Notes: generated by a model from the letters alone, not told the origin. A DNA stretch of 64,000 bases from Octopus vulgaris (GCA_951406725.2 OX597815.1:154194001-154258000), one strand, 5' to 3'; shown: positions 1 to 13,213, numbered from the stretch's first letter. Made by a program: numbers and translations.

Positions 1-170
1 AGAAAGAATAGCTATAACTCTTTGACTGCTATTTCTAAACTCGGCGTGTGGTGAGGCAAATCTTTGCTAAACCCTTATATATATATATATAGACATACAC
101 ATATATATACATATATATATACATATATATATACATATATATATGTATATTTATACATATATACGTGTAC

Positions 171-366
171 ATATTCCTTCAAGGAATACCACATAAGCTA
201 CCCATAATTGGATACAACTCACCCAACAAAAACTCACTACTTGAATGGACCATAAACAAAACTTGACTTAAACAGGATTCAAATAATCCTATCAGGTGGT
301 GCTATTAAGTTAGACATGGCCTGGACCAATTATTGGTCGAAACATATCTAAGTTTATCTAAGTTTA
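171..366 (+). mobile_element. 3' end of a CR1-like LINE (ORF2 C-terminus, 3' UTR and tandem tail)
   Basis: 171-266 translates IFLQGIPHKLPIIGYNSPNKNSLLEWTINKT*, resembling the FL..IP..P...GY...N.NSL..W C-terminus of invertebrate CR1-type ORF2. The UTR has GGTGCT..CATGGCC-hairpin-GAAAC and ends in tandem TCTAAGTTTA. Confidence 0.6.
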
Positions 367-421
367 CATAGATATACATATATATGTATACTTATACAAA
401 TATTCATATACATATATAAGT

Positions 422-479
<58 letters not shown>

Positions 480-486
480 ACATTAC

Positions 487-736
487 ATTAAATTAGAGAT
501 AAAACCACTATTAGGCAAATCATACAATGAAAAACTTAAGCCAATACATAAGATTAATTAATTTATATTATTTAAATATATATCAAAATTATTAAAAAAG
601 ATAATCGTGTTATATTAATTATCTTTTTTAATAATTTTGATATATATTTAAATAATATAAATTAATTAATCTTATGTATTGGCTTAAGTTTTTCATTGTA
701 TGATTTGCCTAATAGTGGTTTTATCTCTAATTTAAT
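487..736. repeat. Perfect inverted repeat, 119-bp arms (487-605 / 618-736), 12-bp spacer
   Basis: Arms read by eye as exact reverse complements. Confidence 0.95.
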
Positions 737-778
737 ATAATATAATATTTTACTATAAAATTGGATTTTACTATAAAA

Positions 779-1910
779 TTGATAGGCGAGACACTAAGAA
801 AATACGAAACGGTGACGGGAGCAAAGATTAATCCGGAAAAGTCAGTGGGTTTGCTACTCGGCACCTGGAGAAGCAAGCCCATGCCGTCCGACTGCGGCTC
901 AGTAGTGGGACGCTGGATGGAGGGACCGGTTAAATTGCTCGGGGTCTGGTTCAGTCCGGATCTCCAAATGGATAAGAACTGGGACGAGATCAAGAGTAGA
1001 GTGGTCGCTCTCAGCCAAACATGGGCCGAGAGAAAGCTGTCTCTAAAAGGTCGGGCGGATGTGGAGAACGCGTACATCGCATCCGTCATCGATTACCGCC
1101 TGACCGTCGTGCCCTGTCCCGACGCCACCATCACCAAACTGGAACGCATACCCTTCCGCTTCCTGTGGAAGGGTGGCGTTCCAATGGTGAGGAGGTCCAT
1201 TTGCTGTCAATATCCGTTGAATGGAGGACTAGGCATGCCGTGGTTGATGATGCGCAGGCATGCGCTGAGACTGCGACATCTCCGGAACTTCATCGATGAC
1301 GGTGAATAGGTGTGGGCGCCGTTTGTGAGGCGCGCGTTCCCGCAGCTCGTCTCACTGACCGAACTGCAAACGTGGATCAGGAAGAAACCGAAACTGGGCG
1401 ATTGGCACCGAGAGTGTCGCCAAGCTCTACAGCAGCTCTGCCGACCGGGGTCAAACTTGTGCAACTTACAAACGACTAAAGCGTTCTATAGAGGACTAGT
1501 GGAGGGGAGGTCCGACGACACACTCGGGGCAAACCTGGGCGTCGACGAGAAATTCCTAACCCGCCTGTTCAGGACGACGTTCGGGCCGGGGCCTATGGAT
1601 AACTTCCAGAAATCCCTGGCTTGGCAATACTATCGAGACGCACTACCTGTTCGAGAGAAGAGCTATAGGCACGGTTCGAAAACCATCACCGGACCGACCT
1701 GCCCGAGATGCGGTCAGAGCGACGAAACCGTTCTGCACGCACTCGTACAGTGTCCAGATATTTCAGAGCTGTGGACCTTCGTCGAACAGCTGTTGTCGAG
1801 TGTAGGACGGGCCCGCTTATCGGCCGAGTCTATCGTGAATATTGTTGCACCACCTTCCTTTAAACGGGAAGGGAAAACGGTTTTCGCTACGCTGATGGCT
1901 ATGGCTATTG
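779..1910 (+). mobile_element. 5'-truncated Tx1/L1-clade LINE ORF2 fragment (RT end and C-terminal CCHC domain), disrupted by a stop
   Basis: GAKINPEKS, KLLGVWF, W..RKLSLKGR, FLWKG, GGLGMP and CPRCGQSDETVLHALVQCP motifs. In-frame TAG at 1307-1309. Ends at a (CT)n tract. Confidence 0.85.
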
Positions 1911-1931
1911 CGCAGATGTGGATCTCAACTG

Positions 1932-1995
<64 letters not shown>

Positions 1996-2101
1996 ATATA
2001 TATATATATATAGGGAGAGTTTACGAAAAAACAAAAGAGGAAGACAGGCGGTATACAAAATAACCAGATGTATTAGTATAACGCTCAAGAATAGAAAAAG
2101 T

Positions 2102-2136
2102 CTTTTACGTTCGAGCCTACGCTCTTCTACAGAAAG
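2102..2136 (-). ncRNA. Degenerate minimal hammerhead-like motif in a probable PLE pLTR fragment (~2002-2200)
   Basis: Minus strand CTTT-CTGTAGA-A-GAGC(GTAG)GCTC-GAA-CGTA-AAAG. Stems I and II are intact; the core has A6->T and one A missing. Confidence 0.4.
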
Positions 2137-2202
2137 GGACAGAGAAAAAAAACAAGGAGAGAAAAAATGTGTGTAGTGGCTAATGATCTATCATGGCGAT
2201 TC

Positions 2203-2270
<68 letters not shown>

Positions 2271-2289
2271 ATATATACATAAATGTGTA

Positions 2290-3510
2290 ATGGTGTCTGT
2301 GTGTGTGTTTGGGGTTACTCTAACCCCTACCACAACGTCCAACCAATTTTAATGTTTTTTTGGCACATAGGTAGATCACATGCCCTGAAGTTCAAGTAAG
2401 GTCGGAAGTTTTCGAAAACTCGATAATGCTCAGTTGGCATCGATTTTTGTGAGCTCAATCGGTCGTTTGAATGGAAATTCCCTTAACGATGTTATTTTTC
2501 CTGCAGCTTTTTGTATTTTTTGTGTGATTTTGATGAAAATCAATGATTGAGCGAGGCTCGTGGCAGTGAGTTGATGTCAGTATATGGCGTTAACAAAAAA
2601 TTGCGTTAACGATAATTGCGCCTGAGCAGTGGTTTTATAGAATCAATAGGCTTTTGGAATGCAAATACCCATTGAGATTTTATTTTTTGGCTGTAGCTTT
2701 TATATTTTTCATCTGATTTTAATGAAATTTGAGATGTAGGTAACTTTTGTGGTGAGAGAGATTGTAAAGGTGCTTATTTAATTCAAAATGGCTTGAATGG
2801 GGCACAAATGCACATAAGAATTTTCTTATTTTGTGGAAATTTTATTGATTTTGTAGACATTTTACACGTGATTACAGTTCATGTCCATAGGATTAATATT
2901 TTATGCTGTAACGTTTACAGAATTCATCCCATTTTGATGAAATTTGACATTAGGTAAAGTTCATGGTTAGAGTAATGTAGTAGACCTAAAATTAAACCGG
3001 TGAAGGCAGAAATCATCCAAATTCACTCACTGTAAAATAATGTGCTGATTTTGAAGAAAATTGACCCATAAGCAAAATTAATCATTTCGACATATGGAAC
3101 ATCAATTATTCATATAATGTATTGGGATTGAAAAGTCAATGGGATATTTTCATGTAAATGCTCACATGGATTCTATTTTACGACACAACCTTAACATTTT
3201 TCTTCGGATTTTGCTGATATTTGACAGAGAGACTGATCAATTTTGTACAGAGTGTGGCATTACATGGAGAGAAATAAGCAAACATTACTCTCAACGGGTC
3301 GAGGTGCACCCAAAAGTTTGATTGCGATTTCAGACGGTCCAGTATATAGGAGTTTGTCGAAAGCGGTTACCTGGTAAAATTCCCTGCCGAACCAGATATA
3401 ACATCTTAATGGGTAATAGCTGGCACGGGGAACGTAGTAGATTTCAATACAAGGTCCGAGGTGGTCTTAACTTCAACATGGAAAACACGAGCAACGATCC
3501 AACAGCTTGT
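2290..3510 (+). mobile_element. Degenerate non-autonomous Helitron-like element
   Basis: Recurring GATTTTGATGAAATTT-like internal motif (~2345, 2525, 2714, 2930, 3047, 3207), also present in the Helitron at 56991. 3' end CACGAGCAACG...CAGCTTGT resembles a decayed CTAG terminus. Confidence 0.45.
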
Positions 3511-3511
3511 A

Positions 3512-3607
<96 letters not shown>

Positions 3608-3768
3608 GTCAACGACGGATGCTCCACTACTCATCAGACCAAAGATAGTTTAGTTAAATAAAGGTTACGTTGTCGCCAAGGGATGTCAATTTATAGATGC
3701 ACAGAAACACGTATACATACATATGAAATTTGGTCAGAATTTCCCACCCCTGGATTCTTGGATTTTAC

Positions 3769-3837
<69 letters not shown>

Positions 3838-4493
3838 TATACCCAAGAACGCCAGTGTAAAGTTATATATATAGGTAGATAGATATATAGATAGACAGAT
3901 ACATACACACATATACATACGCACACATACATACATACATAGATACATAGATACATACATACATACATACATATATACATACATACACTCACACATATCA
4001 CATTCCTTCATTAATTCTTGATCGGATAAAGTAGCTTCCCTATTCCTTATGATATAGGTATTTATAATGAACTAATATTCGATGTTTCTTATTAGCCCTG
4101 GTACAGGAGGCATATGATCAAATCATTCCCAGCCGTAACTAGCGTTTGCACTTTATTTTCTGTTGCTTCGTTTTTATTGGAAGCCGATATGGCTTGAAGC
4201 ATATATAACTAATATTACTAGTGTGTCGAACGACCATGAACGGCTTACATATTTGAGGAGAATTAATATAATTTTGTCAAATAGAGAGAATATACCAACC
4301 AGGAAAATATATTACCTGTCCGTTATTTATTTAATGAAATATATTTGTTATGCTAAATATTAACCAAGTCACTGTCATTGCTTTCATGTAGTTATCCACG
4401 TTCCTATTCTTAACTTCCATGCTGTAGTCTTGCCGGTATATAGATATATAGATATATAGGTATACACATACATATATATACATATATGCTTTG

Positions 4494-4552
4494 ATAACTG
4501 ACGAGATGCCGGAACAGATTTCCGCCCTGACATCCGAAACTCGTAGTTTTAT
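4494..4552 (+). ncRNA. Type I hammerhead ribozyme motif (PLE pLTR-like)
   Basis: ATAA-CTGACGA-GATG..(inner CGGAA/TTCCG hairpin)..CATC-C-GAAAC-TCGTA-GTT-TTAT. Core intact, stem I ATAA/TTAT, GUU triplet. Confidence 0.6.
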
Positions 4553-4604
4553 TATGGCAACCGAATAATTGTCACATTATATTACAGATACACACCCACA
4601 TACC

Positions 4605-4667
<63 letters not shown>

Positions 4668-4887
4668 GTACATGCACATACATACATGGGTCAATGTCTT
4701 ATAGCAACTGAAGACATATTTACATTGCAGCAATATATGCCTCTAAATAATTGAACTGTTTAACCATAACTCATACACGTAGCTCGTCAACTCATTAAAG
4801 ATGAGAGAAAATATGTTACGTGACATCTATTCGAATATGTAATCACAATCTCTCTTAGAGAAATAACTATGGTATATTTAATGATCA

Positions 4888-5083
4888 CTAATAATATTTT
4901 ATGCTACTACACCCGACATCAGTATTAAGGACTGGAAATTCATGTACGTTAGACGCAGTAATATTCTTCCTAGCACAATAGCGCAGTGAATACGTGGAGA
5001 GAGCCTCTACTATTGGCATGGAACAACTGTTTACAATAAATGGTTGCATGTGACTATGCACATTATCAGGCAGGGTCATACAG
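4888..5083 (-). CDS. Candidate terminal exon, unknown product
   Basis: Strong acceptor gattttcttttcag just above 5083, then an open frame CMTLPDNVHSHMQPF...SSIKYY* in non-repetitive DNA. No recognisable homology. Confidence 0.3.
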
Positions 5084-5649
5084 CTGAAAAGAAAATCGAG
5101 TTAATAATTTTTTTGTTAGGTACGCCATTGAAAAAGTCCAACAAGCCTCAGTTTGCTAATGACTGTTAGAATAGCAACAGATTACACTTCAACTATAACT
5201 GTAGCCATATATAAATAAAAGATAAATTGACTACGGACTAGTGGATGTTAAAAATAATTAAATGATAACTCTAGTAGTACCAGTGAAATTAAATCTGCTC
5301 TGTCGGAGACAAACAAGTGTTGAAAAAGGGCATACACATGACTATGAAGAAATAATATATCTTAGATTTGTTTGTTTGTATTATAAAATTGGACGTTTTT
5401 AAACAGCTGCATGTAGTACACATTGGCAATCAGACCATAATATAATTTCGTAGGCCATTCACTAAAATCACAGAGAAAACAAAATAAAAGATATTAAGCA
5501 GACAGTACGGCGTCTGATTTTGCAGAAAATACATTCGCGCTACAACCCCATATATGCATACGCACGACACACAAACACAAACACGCATATATACATACAT
5601 ATGTACATACAGTCACGCGCACGCACAGATACTCACACAGACACATTTC

Positions 5650-5707
<58 letters not shown>

Positions 5708-5775
5708 AAATATGCATATAGAAATATATATGAATGTAAAGAAAAGACACGAATGATTATCTACCTATCTATCTG

Positions 5776-5840
<65 letters not shown>

Positions 5841-5843
5841 ATA

Positions 5844-5895
<52 letters not shown>

Positions 5896-6174
5896 AACTG
5901 GGACAAGAACGTGAAACACCAAGAAGATACACAAGAAACACAGGACGGGACATTCGAAGCCCTCAATCATCAGTCAAGAACCGGATCATCTTCGCAATTT
6001 CGGCTGATTAATCTTGAGATTGCTCCGATCTGGGCAGCCCCCAAGGGAAATCTAAGCCAAGCGCATTAGATCCCTTGGAAGAAAGCCTCGAATGTATACA
6101 ACACAAGGACGGAAAACGGACGATGTACACGAATAAAAATACAAAAATACGTAAAAACAATAAAGGTAAGGATA

Positions 6175-6207
<33 letters not shown>

Positions 6208-6233
6208 GCTTTATTAAAAAGCATATATATATA

Positions 6234-6378
6234 TGCTTTATTAAAAAGCAGCAGAAATATCACAAAAACTGTTACTCAGTGTTTCACGTCCCCGTTCGTC
6301 GGACGGTCTGACGAACGGGAACGTGAAACTCTGAGTAACAGTTTTTTGTGATACTTTTTGCTGCTTTTTAATAAAGCA
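6234..6378. repeat. Imperfect palindrome made of two back-to-back hammerhead-containing arms
   Basis: TGCTTTATTAAAAAGCAGC...GCTGCTTTTTAATAAAGCA, centre ~6304. Confidence 0.9.
6304..6341 (+). ncRNA. Minimal type I hammerhead ribozyme
   Basis: CGGT-CTGACGA-ACG(GGAA)CGT-GAAAC-TCTGA-GTA-ACAG. The mirror copy on the minus strand has a CCGACGA core. Confidence 0.65.
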
Positions 6379-6445
6379 AACTACGCTACCTCTGGTATTC
6401 GTGTACTATTTTTACCACCTTGTTTCGCATTAACGTTTTTACTCC

Positions 6446-6483
<38 letters not shown>

Positions 6484-6499
6484 TATATATATATAAAAG

Positions 6500-7218
6500 C
6501 AAAATAGCTACAGTCACCGAATCAAGATGGCTGTTTCGTGTTACTATTTGTTTAATCCCAGGCAGATTCTCCACCAACTGGTTATCAGTGGGACACTGCA
6601 CATTTTATATAGAATAAATTGTTAGCAGGGTGAGCGAACACTTACAACCGTCTAGCAGGTAACAAGGTCGTCAGGCTGACTCAGTTTCTAGTTAGTTATC
6701 TGGCTATCCTCAGTCGCGAGCATCTGCATGCCAGAGCGATAGTCAGTATCCATTAACGCTAACAATATATTGTAAACAAAGTGACCATCGGTCACTGATT
6801 TGCAACAAGCAAAATAGGTATTTGTAAAATCTGAAGAAGAAATAGAGCAGTTACTACAGTGAAAAGTAACGTTAGTCGCCACATCAGAGTGGCTGTTTCG
6901 TGTTACTACTAGTTTAACCCTAGGTAGATTCTCCGCCATGTGGTAATCGGTGCGACACTGCACCCGTTACTCTTTAGTATAGTTAGTACACTATCTCTGG
7001 TATGCAGGTACTCACGATTGAGGAAGACCAAAATAGTACGAAACTGAGTCAGTCTGGCGATCTTGTTATCTGCTAGAGGGTGGTAGGTGTTCGGTGCCTC
7101 TGCTAACAGTATATTGTATATAAAGTGTGAGGTGTCATACCGTTAACTAGTTGGCGGAGAATCTGCCTGGGGTTAGACTAGTACCACGAAACAGCCACTT
7201 TGATGTGGCGACTGATTT

Positions 7219-7222
<4 letters not shown>
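6500..7222. repeat. Three diverged copies of a ~100-190 bp unit (6500-6690 and 6860-6965 direct; 7020-7222 inverted), probably PLE pLTR-derived
   Basis: Shared TGGCTGTTTCGTG..AGATTCTCC and its reverse complement; GAAACTGAGTCAGTC at the 7020 copy. Confidence 0.7.
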
Positions 7223-7282
<60 letters not shown>

Positions 7283-7301
7283 ATGTGTGTGTGTGTGTAC
7301 G

Positions 7302-7333
<32 letters not shown>

Positions 7334-7590
7334 CGTGCGTATATATACATATATATATCCAGAGAAAGAGAGAGAGAGAGATAAAATGGAGAGATATGTG
7401 CGTATGCATTTTTATATGTATATAAACACATCCATATATGCATACACACATGCATGCCAACACATAGACACACGTACATACAAACACCTCAAGCGCGCGC
7501 ATACATACACATATATACATACATACATGCATAGGTACGTACATATATACACACATACATACATACATACATACATACATACATACATCA

Positions 7591-7621
<31 letters not shown>

Positions 7622-8299
7622 GTACGTACATGCATACATACATATATACATACACACATACACACATACATATGTACATACATATATACATACATACATA
7701 CATGCATACGCGCACACAAGTTGCCTAGCAACAGTTTTGTAGAAATTTGATCTCTGACCAAGCAAACTTATTTATCCTAAAAATTATAACCTCTTTCAAA
7801 TAATGTCATCGAACTCCTGTCTTATGAACCAGTACAAAGATACCCCCCGCCAATACTTTAACTTCCCTCCCGTAATTTCAATTAAATCTAATGCTTGCAA
7901 ATTTGAATAGGATTAAGGATTGCAACAAATCATTCATACTTAATGTGTGAGTGTCTGTGTGTTCTGTGCATTTTATGTATTTTTGTATATGTCTGTGTAT
8001 TTGTCTGTGTGTGTCATTTATATTATATGGCGCTATTCGAGATGAATTATTTTCATTCAGTAATTTTACGTATAGAGAGGTTACAAGGGTGACCAATTTT
8101 TAATTAGATGTAGAACACTAAAGCAGCACACTTCATAGAGACATTGCTTTTTGTCTATGATTAATTAGTGAATATTTTATTAATGCACACTTATACACAA
8201 AGATATATATAAATACACATACACACACGTGCATTCACAAACACACACATACAATATATCCACAAACATACACATACATAGTTTATTCTTTTCCTGTTT

Positions 8300-8747
8300 T
8301 GGTACTTAATTTATCGACCCCGAAAGGATGAAAAGCAAATTCGACCTCAGTGGAATTTGACAGACGAAATCCCGTAAAGACAGACGAAATACCTATTTCT
8401 ATTTCTTTACTATCCACAAGGGGCTAAGCTCACAGAGGACAAACAAGGGTAGACAAACGGATTAAGTCGATTATATCGACCCAGTCGACCTCGGCGGAAT
8501 TTGAACTCAGAACGTAAAGACAGGCGAAATACATATTTCTATTTCTTTTACTACCCAAAAGGGGCTAAATACAGACGGAGCAAACAAGGACAGACAAACG
8601 GATTAAGTCGATTATATCGACCCCAGTGCGTAACTGCTACTTATTTTATCGACCCCGAAAGGATGAAAGGCAAAGTCGACCTCGGCGGAATTTGAACTCA
8701 GAACGTAACGGCAGACGAAATACCGCTAAGCATTTCGCCCGGCGTGC
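8300..8747 (-). mobile_element. Head-to-tail/nested trimer of tRNA-derived SINE family C
   Basis: Repeated GAGTTCAAATTCC B-box and CTTTCATCCTTTCGGGGTCGATAAA central domain; same family as the intact copy at 59649-59878. Confidence 0.8.
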
Positions 8748-9092
8748 AAGTTCATAGTTTATTGAAACTGAATGGTTCTCGCTTGACTCTAGTTCGAGTG
8801 AAACTCAAGTCGCAAGAAAAACATGCATTTTCTATAAACCTACATCAAAATTCTACATTCGTTCCACATAATTCAACGTTTGTATGTATGTATGTATATA
8901 TATGTTTATATATATATATATATGTAAAAATATAGGTACACACACACATGTGTGTGCATGTGTGCATCTGTGTGTTTGTGTGTGTGCATATAAATACAAG
9001 GTAGACTGTTTAGTGACTGTCAAATATTTGAGCAAAATACTTATTCCATCTTAAATTTCGGTCTTAATTTTGCAAAATAATATTCACACACA

Positions 9093-9167
<75 letters not shown>

Positions 9168-9169
<2 letters not shown>

Positions 9170-9460
9170 GAGGATGGGCTGAAATGTTCATAGGCTGACT
9201 ATGAAGGAGTGATGCTAGAGATGTGAAATCTTTCATACATTAATATCAGCATATTCTTATTAATAATCTAATTGCTTCATTCTAGGTAAACTGTCCTCTG
9301 AATGCTCAAAGAAGACTTTTAAAGTAACTGTTAGTTACTGGAGATGTGAGGTCATCATCACTGCGATATTGGTTCCCAGCCAAGTGTTCTTTCATGTTAG
9401 GTAACAGGTGATACTCAAATAGGGTCAAATCGGGAACAGCAGCCATTGAAACTGAGGACT
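9168..9460 (-). mobile_element. Old mariner-type fragment (transposase C-terminus and probable TIR)
   Basis: PDLTLFEYHLLPNMKEHLAGNQYRSDDD resembles PDLAPSDYHLF..MK..L.G..F.SDDE. Confidence 0.55.
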
Positions 9461-9739
9461 TGTGCGATTGATTATTGTCCTGATAAACAAGACTCCTTTC
9501 GTCAGTTTTGACCACCGTTCCTATTCAGGAAGCTAGAGCATCACCCTCTAATATAGCAACCATACCAGCATGGATGCCCTTGGAGCATTGGTGTAAAACT
9601 CTTTTTTCTACCAGAGTTTGATAACACACGACGCTAAGTTTTGTCCAAAAGGGAAGTGACGTTAGGGCTGTGAAATCTTGCATATAACTTCTTTATTTTT
9701 TTTTCAGGTAAATGTCTTTTACCGCAGAAGAATTAAAGT

Positions 9740-11030
9740 ATTGTATCAAAATACTTTTTAAACGGTATTACTAGGTCCTGACAATATGGCAGTGGAAGTG
9801 CAGAAAACAGTAGCAATTTTGGACCTATAACTTGACATGTTAATAAATCCTTACATTAGCAGAAATATTATATTTGGTTGAGCAATCTTCTACTATCCTT
9901 CCCAAAGATAAGAACTTGGATACACTAAGCGACACCGATGCATTAGTTTACCTATTAAGGTTGCTAATATTTACAACAAAATTTTGCTTTCAAGAATAAA
10001 CCTCAATATAAAAAAAACATTACCAAAGATCAGCCAAAATGGTTTTCGACAAAGAAGATCAACCCTATCTCCAATCTTACCAATACGCAGGCGTATTGAA
10101 GGTATCAAATATCAGAACCTAAATTCTTTTATATATCATTCACAGACTTTGGCAAATAATTCGACGCAATCTTCTGAGTGAAACTGATGCCGATTCTCGG
10201 GTCATATACAATTCCAGGCAATGTCACACAGGATTAATCGCCTGGTAGAAATATTGATTCTATTTAGGTTCTACAATGTAATTCGCATTTATCTCTCCTG
10301 TTCAATGTGGCACAGTAATATCATACGCAGAAGAAGCAGATTTCAAAATGACTCTCCGAAAAAGAAGATGTCAGTCTCCAACCATAATTGTCGATACGAA
10401 TTATGGAGATAATATAAATCTTCCTTTTAATACTCTTTCAGTGTACTACTATTAATTCGACGAGTTGAGGAAGCTGTAAAGCCTTTCTTGTATGTTGTAG
10501 GGGAAGGGGTCATGTTCTAAACTTCGATATCAAAAAGAATTTTAATCCATTTTAATAATAAATAGCTTATATGTATGGAAAATCCTGGAGGGGCATGTTC
10601 CAAACTTCGACATTAAAAATAATTATAATGCATTTTAATATAAATTTAGCTAACGTATGTAAAGAACTTCACATTTTTCGGATTATGTTTTTTCGGATTA
10701 TGTAAGAATTGAATTTACATACTGTACAACGAGCATGAGATCCGTAACATGGAAACAAAAATGTCTAAATACATCAAATTATGGGTTTCAAAGGTTTTGA
10801 TATATAGGTCGGAAAGTTGGATGTTTACGAAAGAAATGGCGAAGAAAGCTGAATGGAATATACATGAAAATGTTAAGGATATTGTAGAACGTTTCCTGGG
10901 AGTGATATTTACCAATGGGTGGAAGTTGCACGTCAGCTACTAATAAACTATTATGGAATAAAAGAAAAAAAACATGCATACGTTGATAAACTTATTTGTA
11001 GTAGTTGCTGGAAAACAGAGAAACGTGCAG
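9740..11030 (+). mobile_element. Decayed RTE-clade LINE RT remnants
   Basis: GPDNM, IYNKILLSRI, QNGFRQRRSTLSPILPIRRRIEGIK and VSKVLIYRSESWMFTK motifs, with many stops. Confidence 0.65.
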
Positions 11031-11354
11031 GGGATTGGTCAATGGGATACATGTGACCTCTACATGAGCACGTGTGTTTAAAAAGATTAATCGAAAGCGC
11101 TCACACACTAGTAAAAAAGCTTCTCAAAACAGGTTAGTAATATCCTGATAGAAGATTTAAAAACTATTAAAATAATTATAATAAATCCACTTTATACTTA
11201 ATTTTATTAAGTAATTTTCATAACATTCAAATATGTATGTATGTATGTTTGTGTGCGCACGCGGATGTAAATACTCATACACACACATACGCACACACCC
11301 AAACACACACATACATATATACCTACATATATAACTACATAGATACATATACTG

Positions 11355-11465
11355 TGCTTACAAAGAATAAGTCCAGGGGTCGATTTGCTCGACTAAAGGC
11401 GGTGCTCCAGCATGGCCGCAGTCAAATGACTGAAACAAGTAAAAGAATACAAGAATAAAAGAATA
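11355..11465 (+). mobile_element. 3' tail fragment of SINE family A
   Basis: AAGGCGGTGCTCCAGCATGGCCGCAGTCAAATGACTGAAACAAGTAAAAGA, matching the tail at 38398-38450. Confidence 0.8.
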
Positions 11466-11468
11466 TAT

Positions 11469-11501
<33 letters not shown>

Positions 11502-11814
11502 AACACTAACACACATATGTGTATGTGTATATATTCATATAGTAAGAACATACTTTTCAATAATCCTCATAAAAATACCTCTTAAGTCCAACACAATTCG
11601 TCAAAAGATAATCAGTTTTATTATCTATTTGGCGAAGAAGGCTGAAACTTCCATTTCACGCTACAAATGCTTGTTGATATTTCCTAAACCTATTGCCAAA
11701 TAAACACTTTTATTTCTTATTACCGTATGTGTTATACATTGCGTATGAAATGTGATTATGACCTCCTGAGTAAACAGCGATTTTTGACTCTACGCTATAT
11801 ACTGCATAATCCAC

Positions 11815-12085
<271 letters not shown>

Positions 12086-12198
12086 TTGCGCTTGAAATAT
12101 GAAAGGTTTATTAAACTTACTGCATTGTCAAAATCTTTTTATTTTCTCTCGTTTTACTTTCTTCGATATTACACTTCTTCAAGCGAATTACAACGCTC

Positions 12199-12271
<73 letters not shown>

Positions 12272-12930
12272 ATTTCGAATGCGAAGAGGTTGCTCTTGGA
12301 CGGGGATGTATTTTATCCAAACGTACACCGGTTTAGCTCAATATCAATTAATATACTTTGGATTCCATTGACTTGTGTTAGTATCAGTGTTAACTCTCAA
12401 GAAGTTCCAATTGTTGTTATAGATATTTATCTAAAAAAAAAAAATTGTAATAAAAATTGAAATTCTCACAACTAAAGTAGAAGTTAAAAAAAATATTGAT
12501 TTGGATTCTTGCTAATATAGATTTTATTTTGATCCTTTTCACAAGCGAGTAGAGATAGGAATTGTAGCCAGCCTTTATAAAACCGATCGAAGGAGAATGA
12601 TAGCATGACCTAGTTCTTCAGAACTACAACTAGTCATTTTCTATCTATGTACTGTGGTCGTAGTTTAAATTCAAGCTGTTTTTAGAAAGAAATCCAAACG
12701 ACACACATGCTGACCAAACACAAACTCACAAAAGCATGCAGCTATCTCAGTCTCTAAGCAACTCTCCATCCATTAGGATGTGAACGAATATTTGTGAATT
12801 TTTGCCCTGAACAAATTTTTACGTTTTAAATGCATAAGGCAATCTTAAATGCAAAATATACATGAAGGTAAGGTGATATGAAATTGACTCTTATATAAAT
12901 AATTTTTTCTCTATTTAAACTCCCCCTTTT

Positions 12931-12974
<44 letters not shown>

Positions 12975-13052
12975 ATAAGATCGTTATTTAAATACTGATC
13001 ATATCAGGTAGCTAGCATGGGAATAAAAACCTCATAAGCAATAATCATTATT

Positions 13053-13213
13053 AAAATTATAATTAAGGGTATCTAAGAGATACAGCCATGCCAGGTATAG
13101 CAGCCAAAAGTTGACCCTAAATCCACATTAAATGTTCATGTGTCTTTAGAGTCAAGTTTTGGCTGCTATATCTGGCATGGCTGTATCTCTTAGATACCCT
13201 TAATTATAATTTT
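13053..13213. repeat. Near-perfect palindrome (~75-bp arms)
   Basis: AAAATTATAATTAAGGGTATCTAAGAGATACAGCCATGCCAG... and its reverse complement. Confidence 0.9.

Noticed and set aside
8300-8747. CRISPR-like or satellite array
   Set aside because: The units are SINE fragments in eukaryotic DNA, with no repeat-spacer structure.
9168-9191. CTGAGGA..GAAA motif
   Set aside because: Lies in a probable mariner TIR and lacks proper stems.
12275-12432. Minus-strand exon after a poly-T acceptor
   Set aside because: All frames hit stops; it weakly resembles decayed LINE ORF1.
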